A DNA stretch of 64,000 bases, taken from NCBI GenBank assembly GCA_013265495.1, contig MU061579.1, positions 6,796,124 through 6,860,123 of the forward strand. The letters run 5' to 3'. The notes beneath the pieces were generated by a model, which was not told the origin of the DNA, did not search any database, and was given only the letters and a program-made list of their open reading frames with translations. The DNA is from Vicugna vicugna. Taxonomy: Eukaryota. Shown piece after piece: positions 61,150-64,000 of the stretch. A program made the position numbers and the translations under genes. How positions within the stretch are numbered: the stretch's first letter is position 1; every line of letters starts with the position of its first letter.

Positions 61150-63352
61150 AAAACATACTTATTTTATACATTGAATTACCTTAGTTATGTTTAAGAAGCT
61201 CAAAGAGATGAATAAAGGAATAATATTCACTAACACTGAAGAAAAAATACTTACCAGAAAAGGAGAAACATAGAGATAATATGAAAGAAATTGGAAAATT
61301 TGGAAACAGAAAAACCATCATTAAAATTTTAATATTATTAGATAGGATAAACTCTAAGCTGGAAACAAAAAATGAATTAGAGAATTGGAAGGTGTTGGTG
61401 ACAGTTTTACCCATAATGCATCATGCATCAAAAAGAGATAAATAAATTTAAAATATGATAGGAATTAGGAGTCAGGGAGGATAGACAAGACATTAATGGC
61501 AGATCCAGAAGAAAACAGAGGGAGTAGGAAAAAACACAATACTTAAAAAAATGTTTAAAGGAAATTTTCACAATTAAAGACGTAAGTCCTTAAATCCAAA
61601 GTACAACATGATTACAGAGCAGGAAACAATTAAAATAAAGGAAAAACAAAAATAAATCTATACCTAGAACTATCTTGCTGATCTCTTTTACTGACACTAC
61701 AGAAATCAAAGAAACAGGGCAGGAATCTGAAAAGTTACCAGAGGGAAAAGAGAGCTTAACTTCAAAACAAACAAACAAAAAAAGACAATCAGATTGACAA
61801 CAGACTTTATTTACACTGGCAACAACAGATGCCAGAAGACAAAGGAGATATATCTACAACATGCTAAGGAAAAATAACTCTCAACCTTGAATTTGATATG
61901 TAACCTAATGTTAACCAACAGCAAAAGAAAAATTAGGACATATTCAACTGCAAATATGCAAAGAGAATTTACCTGCCAGATACCTTTTTAAAAGCAATTC
62001 ATGAAGGGAAAGTCTACTTAGAAGAAAACTGACCCAGAAGAAAACAAAATCAAACCAGGGAATGCTAAATTCAGAAAACTGGCCAATATAGCTTTTAAAA
62101 TCTTACTTTTTGTACTAAAAAGAGAAAAACTAAAATTCTAGAAAACAAAAACAACATGCAGCAGGTGTTGAATGGGCAGTTGTACTGGGTCATTGATTTT
62201 TCAGTAGTTGTACAAAAATGCAAAATTGTGAGTAAGTAAGCATTTTCAAAATGTAAGGGTATTGCAAAAAAAAATGGAAACATGGTCTATGACTTACAAA
62301 CCATAAGAAGGAAGAAAAGGAAATAATTATTTATGATCCAACAGAAAACATAAAGGAGACAAAAAAAGTAGTAAACAGAAAGGATGGTAACAGAATATGT
62401 AAATTAAGGTGGTAGAAACAAAGCTCCTATAGAAACATTTTTCTCTTAAAGTCAGTGTTGGGGGGAAGGGTATAGCTCAGTGGTAGAGTGTATGCCTAGC
62501 TTGCACAAGGTCCTGGGTTCAATCCCCAGTACCTCCATCAAAAATAAATAAATAAATAAACTTAATTACCTATGCCCTAAAAAAATTTTTTTAATTAAAA
62601 ATTAAAGTCAATATTCAGTCCTGAAAATCAGATATTCTACATAAAGTGCTAACCACAAACCTGTCTTTATTTTAAGGGGCAGAAAAATGTGAAGTTTCAA
62701 TTTCAATTTAAAAATTTCAATTTAAAAATTCTTCACCAATTTACAGTTTCTCTAAAATAAAACTAAAACATAGTAAAATGTCCAATTGTATAACTAATAA
62801 ATTATAATGACAGGATATGAAATGTTTAATGCATTGCTCCCTGATCATCAATTAATATGGTTGTTAGCAAACAACTGCTTTAAGTCCAGTGACATAGTCT
62901 TCCCAGAAGCCAGGAATTCTGAGTCACACTTGCCCTTTGTTGATATTGGTCCATTTATCAAAATGTCTGCAAGTGAGTCTGAAGTTCTTTTTATTGCATT
63001 TGGAATATAACACATGACTTTTCTTATACAGCAATTTGTTGAAATTTGGGGTATTGGATTGGATGTAAACATAAATTTTTCATGTGTAAACATCAGCCAG
63101 AAAGCCTCGTATTGAGAAGTATGACTGTTCTAAGAAGGCATTGTTAAGGAAATTGTTCTGGAAAAACATTAGTAAGAAAGATATTCTATGGGGTATAATT
63201 AAAATAAATTATAATAATCAAACATACCAATTAAAAAAGATTATCAGGCTGGAAATATAAAACAAAATCTAGTTATATGCTACAGGAAAAAGACACACCT
63301 AAAATGACCACACAGGTGGTTGAAAATAACAGCATAGGGAAGATATACCCTG
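61150..63352 (+). mobile_element. Old L1ME-type ORF1 remnant to ORF2 start, interrupted at ~62430-63185
   Basis: A-rich ORF1-like text (aatcagattgacaacagactt, gatgccagaagacaaagg). After 63200: ataccaattaaaaaagattatcaggctgg...gacacacctaaaa...ggttgaaaataacagcataggga, the ORF2 EN start. Confidence 0.75.
62460..62601 (+). mobile_element. tRNA-Ala-derived SINE, camelid Vic-1-like, full length with TSD
   Basis: A box TAGCTCAGTGG 62473-83, B box GGTTCAATCC 62516-25, (AAAT)n plus taattacc tail. 14-bp TSD TTAAAGTCAGTGTT (62446-59) / TTAAAGTCAATATT (62602-15). Confidence 0.92.
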
Positions 63353-63354
63353 AG

Positions 63355-63665
63355 TATTAAATAATAGTAGGTTCTTTTATGAGTGACAGAAAAGTCAAAA
63401 GGATCGTGCTTAGGCATGTTGGAAGTTAGCTAGCTTGTCTCGCCTATAAACGGAGTTTGGAGGTCAGTACCTAGGGCTGACAAGGCAGCTTCACTCGATG
63501 GAATCTTACTTAACCAAAGCTTCTTCCTCTTCACAGCTCTACCACCCCTAGGCTGAGACCCTCACTCTCATGGTCCAATATGGTAGAATCTACATTCTAG
63601 GTGGCAGGATTGAGGAAGGAATGAAGAGAGAAAAAGAATGTGCCATCCATCTTAAGGAATGTTCC
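63355..63665 (-). mobile_element. MaLR LTR fragment (MLT1J-like)
   Basis: gagtgacagaaaa, tggaggtcagtacctagggctg, ctcatggtccaatatgg, ctacattctaggtggcagga. Confidence 0.7.
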
Positions 63666-63669
63666 TCAT

Positions 63670-63865
63670 GCTTTACACATACAAATCCACTTAATCCTCA
63701 AATAGTCCCAAGAAATGAAAACTGATGTCATTGCAATGCAGAAGGGGAGACTGAGGCACAGAGAGAAATGAGTTGCCCAAGTCACATGACTAGTTAAGTG
63801 GTACAGAATTAGAACATAGGGTGTCTGACTCCAGAGCTTGTATTGTTAAACACTACAATACTGAA
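63670..63865 (-). mobile_element. MIR SINE
   Basis: gagactgaggcacagagag...ttgcccaagtcacatgactagttaagtgg...gtctgactccagagc. Confidence 0.9.
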
Positions 63866-64000
63866 AAATAGCTTAATTTCTCTGGACCAGCATTCTTTTA
63901 TCTGTGAAATCAAAAAGATGGTATAGATGGGGGGTTCAAAAACTGATGTCAAGTGTGCCAAATAAGGTCTACAAATGAGTTTTATTTGGTTTTTTTGTTT

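Noticed and set aside
62460..62537. Apparent tRNA-Ala(AGC) gene
   Set aside because: The anticodon stem is mispaired (TATGC/GCACA), there are extra 5' bases, and it has an (AAAT)n tail and a TSD. It is a SINE, not a tRNA gene.
4230..62930. About ten scattered AP-1 (TGA[C/G]TCA) sites as an enhancer cluster
   Set aside because: A rough base-composition estimate gives a similar number by chance in 64 kb, and they are not clustered.
62852..63169. Parvoviral NS1/Rep (SF3 helicase motif C) resemblance: VYIQSNT...FRLTCR
   Set aside because: Motif spacing does not fit AAV Rep and no Walker A/B is visible. Not supportable without a database search; kept only as an alternative in the unassigned-insert finding.

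Overview
AT-rich, CpG-poor eutherian (placental mammal) non-coding DNA, either intergenic or deep intronic. I find no supportable protein-coding exon, RNA gene, CpG island or CRISPR-like system. The ORF-track entries I could assign to a known protein are decayed LINE-1 ORF2 pieces; the rest look like chance ORFs. Much of the window is layered transposable-element fossils: MIR, L2, CR1/L3, MARNA, MER5/MER20/MER81/MER102, many MaLR/ERVL/ERV1 solo LTRs, and L1M fragments. Younger lineage-specific insertions include two tRNA-Ala-derived SINEs resembling camelid Vic-1 (suggesting camel/alpaca/llama) and a CpG-rich betaretroviral (ERV2) solo LTR with a perfect 6-bp TSD. The most interesting observations are: a very decayed CR1 ORF2 fossil recognisable only at protein level (~3.9-4.46 kb); a ~4.3-kb L1 with an inverted 5' UTR, internal deletion, micro-inversion and nested SINE and LTR; an LTR with tandem PBX-MEIS/PREP decamers; a MER41-like LTR with a GAS motif; and an unassigned ~750-bp insert inside an old L1. 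I cannot support a claim of a novel biological system. Repeat family names come from recalled consensus sequences, not a database search. Boundaries without a TSD are approximate.
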